From assembly GCA_947478745.1 (NCBI GenBank), contig CANJXE010000003.1, positions 1 to 44,320 on the forward strand: a stretch of 44,320 nt of DNA. The letters run 5' to 3'. Below are positions 17,694-26,431 of the stretch, in pieces. Positions within the stretch are counted from its first letter, which is position 1. The number at the start of each line of letters is the position of its first letter. The notes under the pieces were generated by a model that saw nothing but the letters and a program-made list of their open reading frames with translations, searched no databases and had not been told where the DNA came from. The DNA is from Actinomycetota bacterium. Lineage in GTDB: Bacteria; Actinomycetota; Thermoleophilia; Gaiellales; F1-60-MAGs149. The translations under genes and the position numbers were made by a program.

Positions 17694-18950
17694 ATGGAAT
17701 CGTCCTGTGACGTGATCGTGATCGGCGCCGGCCTCGGCGGTCTGCGCGCAGCGCGGGATCTCGCCGATCAGGGACACTCCGTCGTCGTCCTCGAGGCGCG
17801 CGATCGCGTCGGCGGGCGCGGCCGCACCAGCCACCTCGATGGACGTCTCGTCGAGCTCGGCGGCTCGTGGTTCACGCCCGAGCACGTGCAGGTGAAGGCA
17901 GAACTCGAGCGGTACGGACAGGCGACGCGTGACTTCCCCACGCAGCTGCACGCGCGCTGGCGCACCGCCGGCGAGCTGCGCCGAGGCCTCCCCGTGCCGT
18001 GGCACGAGCTGCCGTCGCTCGAGCGAGCCCTGGTGCAGGTCGCGGCCGACGCCGCCGCGTACACCGCGGGCACCTTCACCGGTGCGGATCGCTCGGCGCT
18101 CGAGTACATCGACGCGCTCGAGCCGACGCCTGGCGTGCGGGACTTCCTGCTGGGCTGGTGGCAGCTGATGGGCGGCGCCCCGCCCGCGTCGGGATCAGTT
18201 GTCGATGCGATCGGACCGATTGCATCGCACGATGGACTCAGCGGCCTCGTCACGTGCCTTGCCCACGGCCCCGCCGGCGGCTGGAGCGCCCTTGCCGAGG
18301 CGCTGGCCGCCGACGGCATCTCGGTGGAGCTCGACGCTCCCGTCACCGCCGTGCACATCGCGGACACCGCGACCTGCACCACTGCGGATGGACGCACGTG
18401 GCACGCCCGGGCCGTCGTCATCGCCGTGCCGGTCAACTGCCTGCCGGCCATCACCTGCACACCGGGCTGGCCCCAGCCCGTCGCCGAGGCCGCCGGCGCC
18501 AACGCCGGCGCGGCGCTCAAGGTCCTGATGCTCGTCCGTGGCATCGAGCCGCACGGCATCGCCGTCGGTGTCGGCCACGGCCTGCACTGGTGGTACGCCG
18601 ACGATGCCGTCGACGACGTGGTGCGCGTGACGGGCTTCGGCTGGACCACCGCCGACTTCGATCCCGCCAGCCGCACCGATGTCGAGCGGGCGCTGCATGC
18701 GTTCTTCCCCGAAGGTGAGCTCCTGGAGTTCACCCACCATGACTGGGTGGGCGACAGGCACTCGCTCGGTACCTGGCTGACGGCGCCCGCGGGTCGGGCC
18801 GACCTCGTGAATCCTGCGCGCTTCGCGCCCTTCGCGTGCGCCGCGTTCGCGGGCTCCGACGTGGCACACGAGGAGGCGGGCTGGTTCGAGGGAGCGCTCG
18901 TCAGCGGCGCAGCCGCTGCTGCGCAGATCCACACGCTCTTGCTCGGCTAG
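17694..18950 (+). CDS. Flavin monoamine oxidase family protein (6-hydroxy-L-nicotine oxidase-like)
   Basis: IGAGLGG, LEARDRVGGR, ELGGSW, HDW, AGSD...GWFEGA..SG. Confidence 0.9.
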   Translation: MESSCDVIVIGAGLGGLRAARDLADQGHSVVVLEARDRVGGRGRTSHLDGRLVELGGSWFTPEHVQVKAELERYGQATRDFPTQLHARWRTAGELRRGLPVPWHELPSLERALVQVAADAAAYTAGTFTGADRSALEYIDALEPTPGVRDFLLGWWQLMGGAPPASGSVVDAIGPIASHDGLSGLVTCLAHGPAGGWSALAEALAADGISVELDAPVTAVHIADTATCTTADGRTWHARAVVIAVPVNCLPAITCTPGWPQPVAEAAGANAGAALKVLMLVRGIEPHGIAVGVGHGLHWWYADDAVDDVVRVTGFGWTTADFDPASRTDVERALHAFFPEGELLEFTHHDWVGDRHSLGTWLTAPAGRADLVNPARFAPFACAAFAGSDVAHEEAGWFEGALVSGAAAAAQIHTLLLG

Positions 18951-19012
18951 AATCTGCGCGTTCGACGGCGCGGGACAGCGTGCCGGCATCCTTCCCAGCG
19001 CTGCCGGAGATC

Positions 19013-20278
19013 ATGTCCATGCCTGTCCAGACCACGTCCGCCGAACGGCCGATCACCGAGCCGATTCCCCTCGAGCAGCGGCGCCTGACCGGCTTTGACG
19101 TCGCGGTCCTCTGGTCGAATATGGGCATCAGCCTGCTGGGCATCGTGGCCGGCGCCGGCCTGATCGCCTACGGCGCCGGCTCCACGCGGGCGCTGATCGC
19201 CACGCTGGTCGGCGGCGTCATCGGCGGACTCATGCTGGCGGCGGCCGGCGCCCTCGGCGCCGCCTCGGGCCAGCCGGGCATGGTCGTCCTGCGCCGTGCA
19301 CTCGGCGATCGCGGGTCGTACCTCCCCACCGTCCTCAACATCCTCCAGGGCTTCGGCTGGGGCACATTCGAGATCCTGGTCATCGCCGAGGCGGCGCGCA
19401 TGATCGTCGGAGCGGACGCCCGCTGGCCGTTCGCCGTCGCCGCGGGCGTGATCGGCACCGCGCTGTCGATCATCGGGCCGGAGAACGTCACCCGCCGCGT
19501 GCTCAAGCGCTTCGTGACGCCGCTGGTCGCCATCGCGATCATCTACCTGCTCCTGCGCCTCGCCATCGACGGCACGTCGAGCGAGCTCGGCACCGCCGCT
19601 GCCGGCGGCCTCGGGCTGATGGCGGCGATCGACCTCGTCGTCGCCAACTTCGCCTCCTGGCAGCCGCTCGTGCCCGACTACACGCGCTTCGCCCGCTCGG
19701 TCAAGGGCGCGGCGCTCGGCGTCGGGCTCGGCTTCGGCATCGCCAGCACGCTCACCTTCGCGGTCGGCATCCTCGCCGCGGTCCAGGCGGGCGGCATCGA
19801 CTCGGCCTCGGCCGGCGTTGCGGTGATCCTCGCCGTGCCGCTCGGGATGCTCGTCGCCTCGGTGCTCGTGGTCGACGAGTCCGAGAAGGGCTTCGCGAAC
19901 ATCTACTCCACCGCCGTGTCCGTTCGCAACTTCGCCCCGCGCGCGCCGCAGACGCCGATCATCATCGCCATCGGCGCGATCGTGACGCTGGGCGCCGTGA
20001 CGGTCTCGCTCGACCGCTTCTTCGACTTCCTGTACCTGCTGGGCGCGGTGTTCGTCCCGCTGTTCGGCGCCGTCTTCGCCGATCGCATCCGGCCCGTGGC
20101 CCCCCACGCCACGATCGTCGCCTGGGTCGCGGGCTTCCTGCTCTACGAGTGGCTCAGCCCGACGCGCATCCTCGGCGTCTCGGACCACGTCTCACCGCTG
20201 CTGGCGGGCGCGCTCGGTGCCACGCTGCCGGCCTTCCTGCTCGCTGCCGCGATCCGGCTCGCCTGGCCGGCGCGCTAG
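19013..20278 (+). CDS. NCS1 purine/cytosine permease family transporter (CytX-like)
   Basis: About 12 hydrophobic segments; LWSNMGIS, LGDRGSYLPTVLNILQ..GW, SWQPLVPDYTRF, FANIYS. Confidence 0.87.
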   Translation: MSMPVQTTSAERPITEPIPLEQRRLTGFDVAVLWSNMGISLLGIVAGAGLIAYGAGSTRALIATLVGGVIGGLMLAAAGALGAASGQPGMVVLRRALGDRGSYLPTVLNILQGFGWGTFEILVIAEAARMIVGADARWPFAVAAGVIGTALSIIGPENVTRRVLKRFVTPLVAIAIIYLLLRLAIDGTSSELGTAAAGGLGLMAAIDLVVANFASWQPLVPDYTRFARSVKGAALGVGLGFGIASTLTFAVGILAAVQAGGIDSASAGVAVILAVPLGMLVASVLVVDESEKGFANIYSTAVSVRNFAPRAPQTPIIIAIGAIVTLGAVTVSLDRFFDFLYLLGAVFVPLFGAVFADRIRPVAPHATIVAWVAGFLLYEWLSPTRILGVSDHVSPLLAGALGATLPAFLLAAAIRLAWPAR

Positions 20279-20595
20279 GTTCGGCATGCGGTCACACGCC
20301 ATTGCGAACCGAACCGACGAGGTTCGATTGAACCCGGATAAGGATCAGGGCGAATCGCCTGGGCCCCTGCGCCGAACGTCGTGCGGGCGGAGGCGCGAAG
20401 ACCGAAGGCCGCCCTGCCCGCCATCGACGGGCTGTCGTTCGTGACGCCGTGGACCATCCACCCTCCCGACGTCGCCTTCTCACTTCCCTCCCTGCACGCC
20501 GGCACGCCGGTCCAGAGCAGCCCCGCATCGAGCAGATCGGCCATGGAGCCATCGCCATGCCCAAGTCGCCGAGTGCTCGTACGCAGGACATTGGC

Positions 20596-22320
20596 CTATG
20601 CCTCGTCGCGGATCAGGTCCCCCTCGTAGACGCTGATGGCGGCCGTGACCACGCTGCCGCCGCCCTCGTGCGATTGCAGCGTCCAGCGCCGTGCCGTTGC
20701 GGCATCGAGCACCTCGGAGCCGAGGCCGCGTCCGCCGTGCTGGGGACCTACGCCGTTGTCGGTGACGATCACCACCACGTCGTCGCCAGCTCTGGCCATG
20801 CCCACGTTGGCGGCAGTCGCATGACCGTGCACCACAGCATTGGCCAGCGATTCGCGGAGGACCTCGGCAACCGCCGCTGCGGGTGCGGATAGCGACCCTG
20901 CCGCCTGGACATCCCAGGTGATCACGAGCAGGCGCGACCAGTCGCGCTGCGCGGTGTCAACGACCTGCGCGAGCGAACAGGGTCCGGTCGCCGCTGGGTC
21001 ATCCGTCAGGGCAAGCGCGGTCTCTGCGTCGCGCATGGCGACTTCGAGTCGCACCACGTCCCCGCCGAGCGCCGCCTCCCGCACCGCGTGGCTCGCGTTG
21101 ACCAGGCGTGGCTGCAGCGTGCCGTGAAGGTGGGCGGCGAGTTCGCGGCGTATCCGTGCATGCTCTTGGTTGAGGGCCAGCTGCGCCACCTCGCGTTCGA
21201 CCACCATTGCCTCCAGGTCGGCGATGGTGTCACTGGCGATGTCGCTGGCGGCTGCCGGGATACCGCCGGCGATGAGGAGCAGCGCGAGCAGCAGCACGGC
21301 GGGAGCGAAAGCGGCGGCGCTGTTGCCGAACCACACCGCGCTCAGTGCGATGATGGGCACTGGCGCCGCGAGGACCGCGCCGACGACCACAGGGACCGTG
21401 AGACCTGAACGCGCGCGGATGCACCTTCGCCCCACGCGGAACACGACGCCGATGGACACCAAGGCGACGACGGCCAGCACCAAGGCACCCGCCCAGCCGG
21501 AGGTCGCCAGAATGAGCGGGGTGGAGATGAGCACGAACCCCACAGAGGGCACGAGGATGGGCAGGGGGTTGCGTCTGGCCTCGAACGCGGCCACCTGACG
21601 CCATGACATCGATGGATAGTCCTGCCGCGGGGTAACCCACAGTCCGTGACTGAGCGGCCGCACGCTATCGCGTGCCGTGTCCATGAGCAGGTCGGCAATC
21701 AGCTCGGCGTCCGTCTCGCCTCGCGCACGCATGGCCGCCGCTCTGGCGCGCGACGCATCCAGGTGCTGATCGACGGTGCCTCTCAGCACTGCGCGCGCGG
21801 TCTCGATTGCACCGGATGCCCGCAGCCGCTCGGCCTCGACCTCGACATCACGGGCGATGAGGCGCGCGCGCTCGCCGGAGTACCAGGCGCGAGTGGCGAA
21901 GACGTAGGCCAACGCCGGCAGGAGGATGGCGACGATCACAATCCAGATGCCTGTCGTGCGGATCAACAGGCCTTCGACCGGCTGCTGCCCCTGCGCCCCG
22001 CGGATGGCGATGACGTAGGCGGGGCGCGCGAGCGCCAACACCCCGCCCAGCACCACGACCGCCCAGATGGGCACGGGCCTGACGCTCCGGTGCTTGAACA
22101 CCGTGAGGTGCGCCAGCAGCAGCACGGCTCCCGCCAGCAACCACTGGACGACAACGAACAGCGGGGTACCACCCGGTGCGACCCCGGACCCGAGCGCCGT
22201 GACATCGGCCAGGGCCACGCCAACGACGAGGAGCACGCAGAGCACGGCATACCCACGCAGCGAGATGGCCCAGCGACCGCCGATACGCTCGCGTGCGCTA
22301 GGGGGCTGGTGGCTGGTCAT
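20596..22320 (-). CDS. Multi-TM sensor histidine kinase (NarX/DesK-like HisKA_3 type)
   Basis: H-box ELAAHLHGTLQ, N-box RESLANAVVHG, G-boxes DNGVG and GLG; two TM clusters. Confidence 0.85.
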   Translation of the reverse strand: MTSHQPPSARERIGGRWAISLRGYAVLCVLLVVGVALADVTALGSGVAPGGTPLFVVVQWLLAGAVLLLAHLTVFKHRSVRPVPIWAVVVLGGVLALARPAYVIAIRGAQGQQPVEGLLIRTTGIWIVIVAILLPALAYVFATRAWYSGERARLIARDVEVEAERLRASGAIETARAVLRGTVDQHLDASRARAAAMRARGETDAELIADLLMDTARDSVRPLSHGLWVTPRQDYPSMSWRQVAAFEARRNPLPILVPSVGFVLISTPLILATSGWAGALVLAVVALVSIGVVFRVGRRCIRARSGLTVPVVVGAVLAAPVPIIALSAVWFGNSAAAFAPAVLLLALLLIAGGIPAAASDIASDTIADLEAMVVEREVAQLALNQEHARIRRELAAHLHGTLQPRLVNASHAVREAALGGDVVRLEVAMRDAETALALTDDPAATGPCSLAQVVDTAQRDWSRLLVITWDVQAAGSLSAPAAAVAEVLRESLANAVVHGHATAANVGMARAGDDVVVIVTDNGVGPQHGGRGLGSEVLDAATARRWTLQSHEGGGSVVTAAISVYEGDLIRDEA

Positions 22321-22951
22321 CCGATGCGCCGCTCAGCGAAAAGTACGCGCGGGTCATCTGGACTCGCGGGTTGCGCATGGGATCTCCGGCGATTCCCAGC
22401 CTGTGCGCGATGCGGTTGATGGTGCGCTCCACCGACGCCTCGGTGACCGACCGGGCGCGCGCGATCTCGGCATTGGTGAGGCCAAGCGCCACCAGCCGCA
22501 GGATCTCCGTCTGCGCGTCGGTGAGCTGCAGTGTCACCACCGGGCGCCCCGCGGGCGCCCGGCCCGCCGCACCCATGCGCGCGACAGCACGGTCCATCAC
22601 CTCCACCAGCATCGTGAGGTCCGACACGGTGTCCTTCACCACGTAGTCGGCTCCGTCGGGCAACTGCGCCAACTTGGCACCCGCCAGACGGGGGTCGCGA
22701 TACGAGGTGAGCACGACCACGCCGAGGTCGGGGCGCTGCCGACGCAGGGCGTGGGCGATGACGATGCCATTGGGCCCGGTGCCCAGATCGAGGTCGGTGA
22801 GCAGGATGTTGAATGCCACGCGATCGGCGGCGGCCAGCGCCTCTTCGGCATCCGCGCACGCTGCCACCACGAGCGCGCCCCGTTGCTCGAGCGCACCTTC
22901 CATGGTGCTGCGAAGCAGTGTGTCGTTCTCGACGAGCAATACACGAAGCAT
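22298..22951 (-). CDS. LuxR/NarL-family response regulator
   Basis: RVLLVEND, TDLDLG (phospho-Asp), VLTSY, YVVK; HTH LTDAQTEILRLVALGLTNAEIA; TAGAGT + 7 nt + ATG 22951. Confidence 0.92.
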   Translation of the reverse strand: MLRVLLVENDTLLRSTMEGALEQRGALVVAACADAEEALAAADRVAFNILLTDLDLGTGPNGIVIAHALRRQRPDLGVVVLTSYRDPRLAGAKLAQLPDGADYVVKDTVSDLTMLVEVMDRAVARMGAAGRAPAGRPVVTLQLTDAQTEILRLVALGLTNAEIARARSVTEASVERTINRIAHRLGIAGDPMRNPRVQMTRAYFSLSGASDDQPPAP

Positions 22952-23044
22952 GATGATGACTCTAGGCGGGGCACGTGTGGGGGTACCTTGGCAATCCGGC
23001 ACTTTCGCGGTCGCACCATCGCCGACACGGCTATCTTGCCTCCC

Positions 23045-24538
23045 ATGGTCACTTCGGTACCAACGACTCCCCCATCGTCCCGCCTCCGTTGCACGCGTGC
23101 GTGCGTGGCTCTTGCTGCCATCCTCATCGGCTTGGCCGTGATGGACGGAGCCGCTCATGCCGCCCCGCCCGCCAACTTGAGCGGCCAGAACATGAGCGGC
23201 CAGAACCTGAGCGGACACAACTTCGCAGGTGCCAACCTGCAGGCTGCCGATTTCCGCAATGCGAACCTATCCGGCGCCAACATGCAGGGTGCTGATCTGC
23301 GAGGGGCCAGCTTCAGCGGGTCGAACATGAAGAATGCCGACCTCCGCGGTGCCAAGATGAGCGGCGCCAACATGATGCGGGCGAACCTGCGCAAGGCGCG
23401 GTTCGGCCCCGTGCCGGCGAAGAAGCCGAGCGGGCGCAGGTGGTTTCACGCGCTGTTCGGCATGCGGGTGACAGCAGACCCGGAAACGCGCGCCGCGGCA
23501 TCGTGCGGAACGTCATGCGGCGGAGCCGACCTGACGGGGGCCAATCTGATCGGCGCCTCGCTCGTGGGTGCCGACATGTCGCGAACCATCCTCATCGGGG
23601 CCTCGCTGCAGACTGCCGACTTCTCCTACGCGGGCATGCCGGGAGCCAACCTCACCGGCGCGATTGTGGCCGGCACCAAATTCGGCAGCGTGGCGTCGGC
23701 CGCTGGCCTCATCAGCGGCTACCTGGTGGGCACGCCGGCATCGCGGCCGCCCGGGTACACCCTGTTCAACGGGTACCTCATCGGTCCCGGAGCGAACATG
23801 TCAGGCGCCTCCCTCCCGGGGGCGTCGCTGTCGGGCCTCAACCTCGCGGGTGTCAACTTCACGGGTGCCAACCTGAGCAACGCGGTGTTCGGCACGACGC
23901 AGGGCGCCATGTTCATGAATGCGAACCTCAACGGGGCAAACTTCGGCAACCAGGACGCACGGTTCAGCAACTTCAGCGGGGCCAGCCTGTCGAACGCGTA
24001 TCTCTACCAGGCGAAGCTGAGCAGCGCTCGCCTGATCGGCGCCAACCTGAGCGGCGCAAATCTGGAGGGAGCAGACCTCACGGGGTCCGACCTCCGCGAC
24101 GCCAACATCGGCAAAGCGCGCATCTACCGGACCAACCTCACCAATGCACTCACCGTGGGCGCCTCGTTCGACGCGCCCGCGTCCAACGGCTCGATCACCG
24201 GCCGGCCGTTGAGCCTGCCGGCGCAAGTGGTCCTGTCCGGAGGCGCCATCTACACGACGCACGGCACGTACCAGGGGTTCAACCTCTCCGGGGTGTCCTT
24301 GGCCGGGGCCAACCTCACCGGCAGCAACTTCCACAACAGCTCGTTCACCAACGTGGACTTCACCGGCGCCAACATGAGCACCACCGACATCACGAACATC
24401 ACCTGGAACGGCGGCAACATCTTCACCAACGCCAATTTCAGCGGCGCAAGCCAGTCGTATGCGAAGTACGTGGGCGGCAACACATGGTCGAACACCACCT
24501 GCCCCAACGGCGTGGTGCAGAACTCGAGCTGCTGGTAA
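23045..24538 (+). CDS. Secreted pentapeptide-repeat protein 1
   Basis: Signal-like N-terminus ending AHA; dozens of A(N/D)LxG repeats; C-terminus WSNTTCPNGVVQNSSCW. Confidence 0.88.
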   Translation: MVTSVPTTPPSSRLRCTRACVALAAILIGLAVMDGAAHAAPPANLSGQNMSGQNLSGHNFAGANLQAADFRNANLSGANMQGADLRGASFSGSNMKNADLRGAKMSGANMMRANLRKARFGPVPAKKPSGRRWFHALFGMRVTADPETRAAASCGTSCGGADLTGANLIGASLVGADMSRTILIGASLQTADFSYAGMPGANLTGAIVAGTKFGSVASAAGLISGYLVGTPASRPPGYTLFNGYLIGPGANMSGASLPGASLSGLNLAGVNFTGANLSNAVFGTTQGAMFMNANLNGANFGNQDARFSNFSGASLSNAYLYQAKLSSARLIGANLSGANLEGADLTGSDLRDANIGKARIYRTNLTNALTVGASFDAPASNGSITGRPLSLPAQVVLSGGAIYTTHGTYQGFNLSGVSLAGANLTGSNFHNSSFTNVDFTGANMSTTDITNITWNGGNIFTNANFSGASQSYAKYVGGNTWSNTTCPNGVVQNSSCW

Positions 24539-24549
24539 TGGGAGGTCGC

Positions 24550-25551
24550 ATGACGACTCGCGCAACCGTGGTGGTCGGGCTGCTCGCTGCCCTCGCGCTC
24601 GGCGGGCTTGCGACGGCAGGGTCGGCGCTCGGCGCCTGCGCGCCAGGCGAGGACGCCTCGTGCTCCGGAGCCAGCCTGAAGGGCCGCGACCTCTCGGGGC
24701 AGTCATTCCCGGGAGGCGACTTCCGGAAGGCCAAATTGCAGGGGGCCGATCTCAGCAAGGCCGACTTGAGCGGTGCCAACCTGAGCAAAGCCGACCTCAC
24801 GGGCGCCGACCTGCGGGGCGCCAACCTGGCCGGGGCCAAACTCAGGGGCGCGAAATTGACGAACGCCCAATTCAACCCTCCGCCGGGCGCAGCGCGGCGT
24901 GAGCGGGCCACGGCGAGCTGCTCGCCCAACTGCCAGGGCGCCAACCTGCAGGGGGCCGACCTCACGTACGCGGACATGAGCGGCGCCAACATCTCGTACG
25001 CAAGCCTGCAGCGGTCGAACATGACCGGCGCCAATCTCACCTCGGCCAATCTGGTTGGCTCAGTGATGAACAATGCGAAGTTGATCTACGCCAACCTGAG
25101 CAACGCCAACCTGACCAGCACCACCATGTATGCCGCCCGACTGAGCGGCGCGAACCTGAGCGGCACCCGCCTGCCGGCGATGCCGTCGTCGCCGAACGAC
25201 ACGCCGTTCGCCGACGTGCTGTCAGGAGGGCTGGTGGGCACGCCGGTGTTCGCCGACTCGAACTACCGCATCGTCGGCGGCTATCTGGTGGGTCCGCAGG
25301 TCAATCTCACCAACGCCTACCTGTTCGCCGCGAACCTCAGTGGCCTGCAGCTGCAGGGCGTCACCTTCGCGGGGGCCGACCTCGAGTACGCCAACCTGAG
25401 CGGGTCCAAGCTGGGGATCGCCAATGAGCCCACCAGCTTCGCGGGAACCGACCTCGTGGGCGCGAACCTCTCGGGAGCCGACGTCACCGGAGCCACGTGG
25501 CTCAGCACCAAGTGCCCGAACGGCACGGTGCAGAGCGCAGCCTGCTCCTGA
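24550..25551 (+). CDS. Secreted pentapeptide-repeat protein 2 (alternative start 24538)
   Basis: GGAGG before ATG 24550; signal peptide; A(D/N)LSG repeats; C-terminus WLSTKCPNGTVQSAACS. Confidence 0.88.
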   Translation: MTTRATVVVGLLAALALGGLATAGSALGACAPGEDASCSGASLKGRDLSGQSFPGGDFRKAKLQGADLSKADLSGANLSKADLTGADLRGANLAGAKLRGAKLTNAQFNPPPGAARRERATASCSPNCQGANLQGADLTYADMSGANISYASLQRSNMTGANLTSANLVGSVMNNAKLIYANLSNANLTSTTMYAARLSGANLSGTRLPAMPSSPNDTPFADVLSGGLVGTPVFADSNYRIVGGYLVGPQVNLTNAYLFAANLSGLQLQGVTFAGADLEYANLSGSKLGIANEPTSFAGTDLVGANLSGADVTGATWLSTKCPNGTVQSAACS

Positions 25552-25775
25552 CCGTCTTCGCCCGACGCACCCGGTGCGACCGTCGCCACTCTCCCGACAC
25601 GGGTTCAGTGCTGAGCGCCACGCGCGGCGATTCTGCACCCCAGCTCATTCGACGCCGGTAACGACCACCCGCTCTTCCCCGCTCCGTACGCAGGTCAGCG
25701 CATTCGGTATCGATTTGCACCCGGGTCCAAATCAGCGCACTTGCCGACTTCGGTTCCGGGTACGGGTCAGCGCTG

Positions 25776-26402
25776 CTAGCGGGTGCCCCAGAGTCGATCG
25801 CCGGCGTCGCCGAGACCCGGGACGATGTAGCCCACCTCGTTCAGGCACTCGTCCAGCGCCGCCACGTGGATATCCACGTCCGGGTGATCCGTCTGCATGC
25901 GCTCAACGCCCTCGGGTGCAGCCAAGAGCGACAGGAGCTTCACCCGGTGCGCGCCGCGCTCCTTGCAGACCGCGGCTGCGTACGACGCTGAACCACCCGT
26001 GGCGAGCATGGGATCGATGATCAGCATCACGCGCTCGCTGAGGTCCTTCGGCAGCTTCTCGTAGTACGAGACGGGCTGCAGGGTCTCCTCGTCGCGGTAC
26101 ATGCCGAGAAAGCCGACGCGCGCCACGGGGATCATCGCCAGCACGCCGTCGAGCATGCCGACTCCGGCCCGCAGGATCGGCACGACCCCGACCTTCTTGC
26201 CGGAGACCTTGCGGCCGATCGTGTCGGTCAGCGGCGTCGTCACCTTGACGTCCTCGAGCATCAGGTCGCGCGTCGCCTCGTAGGCCAGAACACCGGCCAG
26301 CTCGCTGGAGAGGGCGCGGAAATCGCGCGTCGAGGTCTCGACGTCGCGCAGCAGCGTGATCTTGTGCTGGACGAGCGGGTGATCGCAGACGTGCAGGGTC
26401 AT
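25776..26402 (-). CDS. upp: Uracil phosphoribosyltransferase
   Basis: HPLVQHK, VPILRAG, DPMLATGGS, YIVPGLGDAGDR. Confidence 0.97.
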   Translation of the reverse strand: MTLHVCDHPLVQHKITLLRDVETSTRDFRALSSELAGVLAYEATRDLMLEDVKVTTPLTDTIGRKVSGKKVGVVPILRAGVGMLDGVLAMIPVARVGFLGMYRDEETLQPVSYYEKLPKDLSERVMLIIDPMLATGGSASYAAAVCKERGAHRVKLLSLLAAPEGVERMQTDHPDVDIHVAALDECLNEVGYIVPGLGDAGDRLWGTR

Positions 26403-26431
26403 GGCGCCATGCTACCGATCCGGGCGACCGG

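Noticed and set aside
18951-19012. TPP riboswitch before the CytX-like permease
   Set aside because: The gap is only 62 nt and lacks the CUGAGA and related THI-box motifs; it contains just a GC-rich hairpin.
13854-20335. tRNA-Gly as an island integration site, with GTTCGATT near 20322 as attR
   Set aside because: Only 8 nt match, there is no integrase, and the intervening genes look native.
20279-20595. Small ORFs or a LexA box in the gap containing GAAC/GTTC words
   Set aside because: The ORFs have no motifs and the spacing does not fit GAAC-N4-GTTC. The short hairpins are adequately explained as terminators between convergent genes.
23045-25551. Calling the pentapeptide proteins Qnr/MfpA quinolone-resistance factors
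   Set aside because: Both have signal peptides and paired cysteines pointing to export, which is incompatible with cytoplasmic gyrase protection.
20578-25694. 10-bp direct repeat CGTACGCAGG (20578-20587 and 25685-25694) flanking the two-component/pentapeptide cassette as a target-site duplication or att site
   Set aside because: A 10-mer match between two gaps of 200-300 bp at this GC content is not unlikely by chance, and there is no integrase or transposase.
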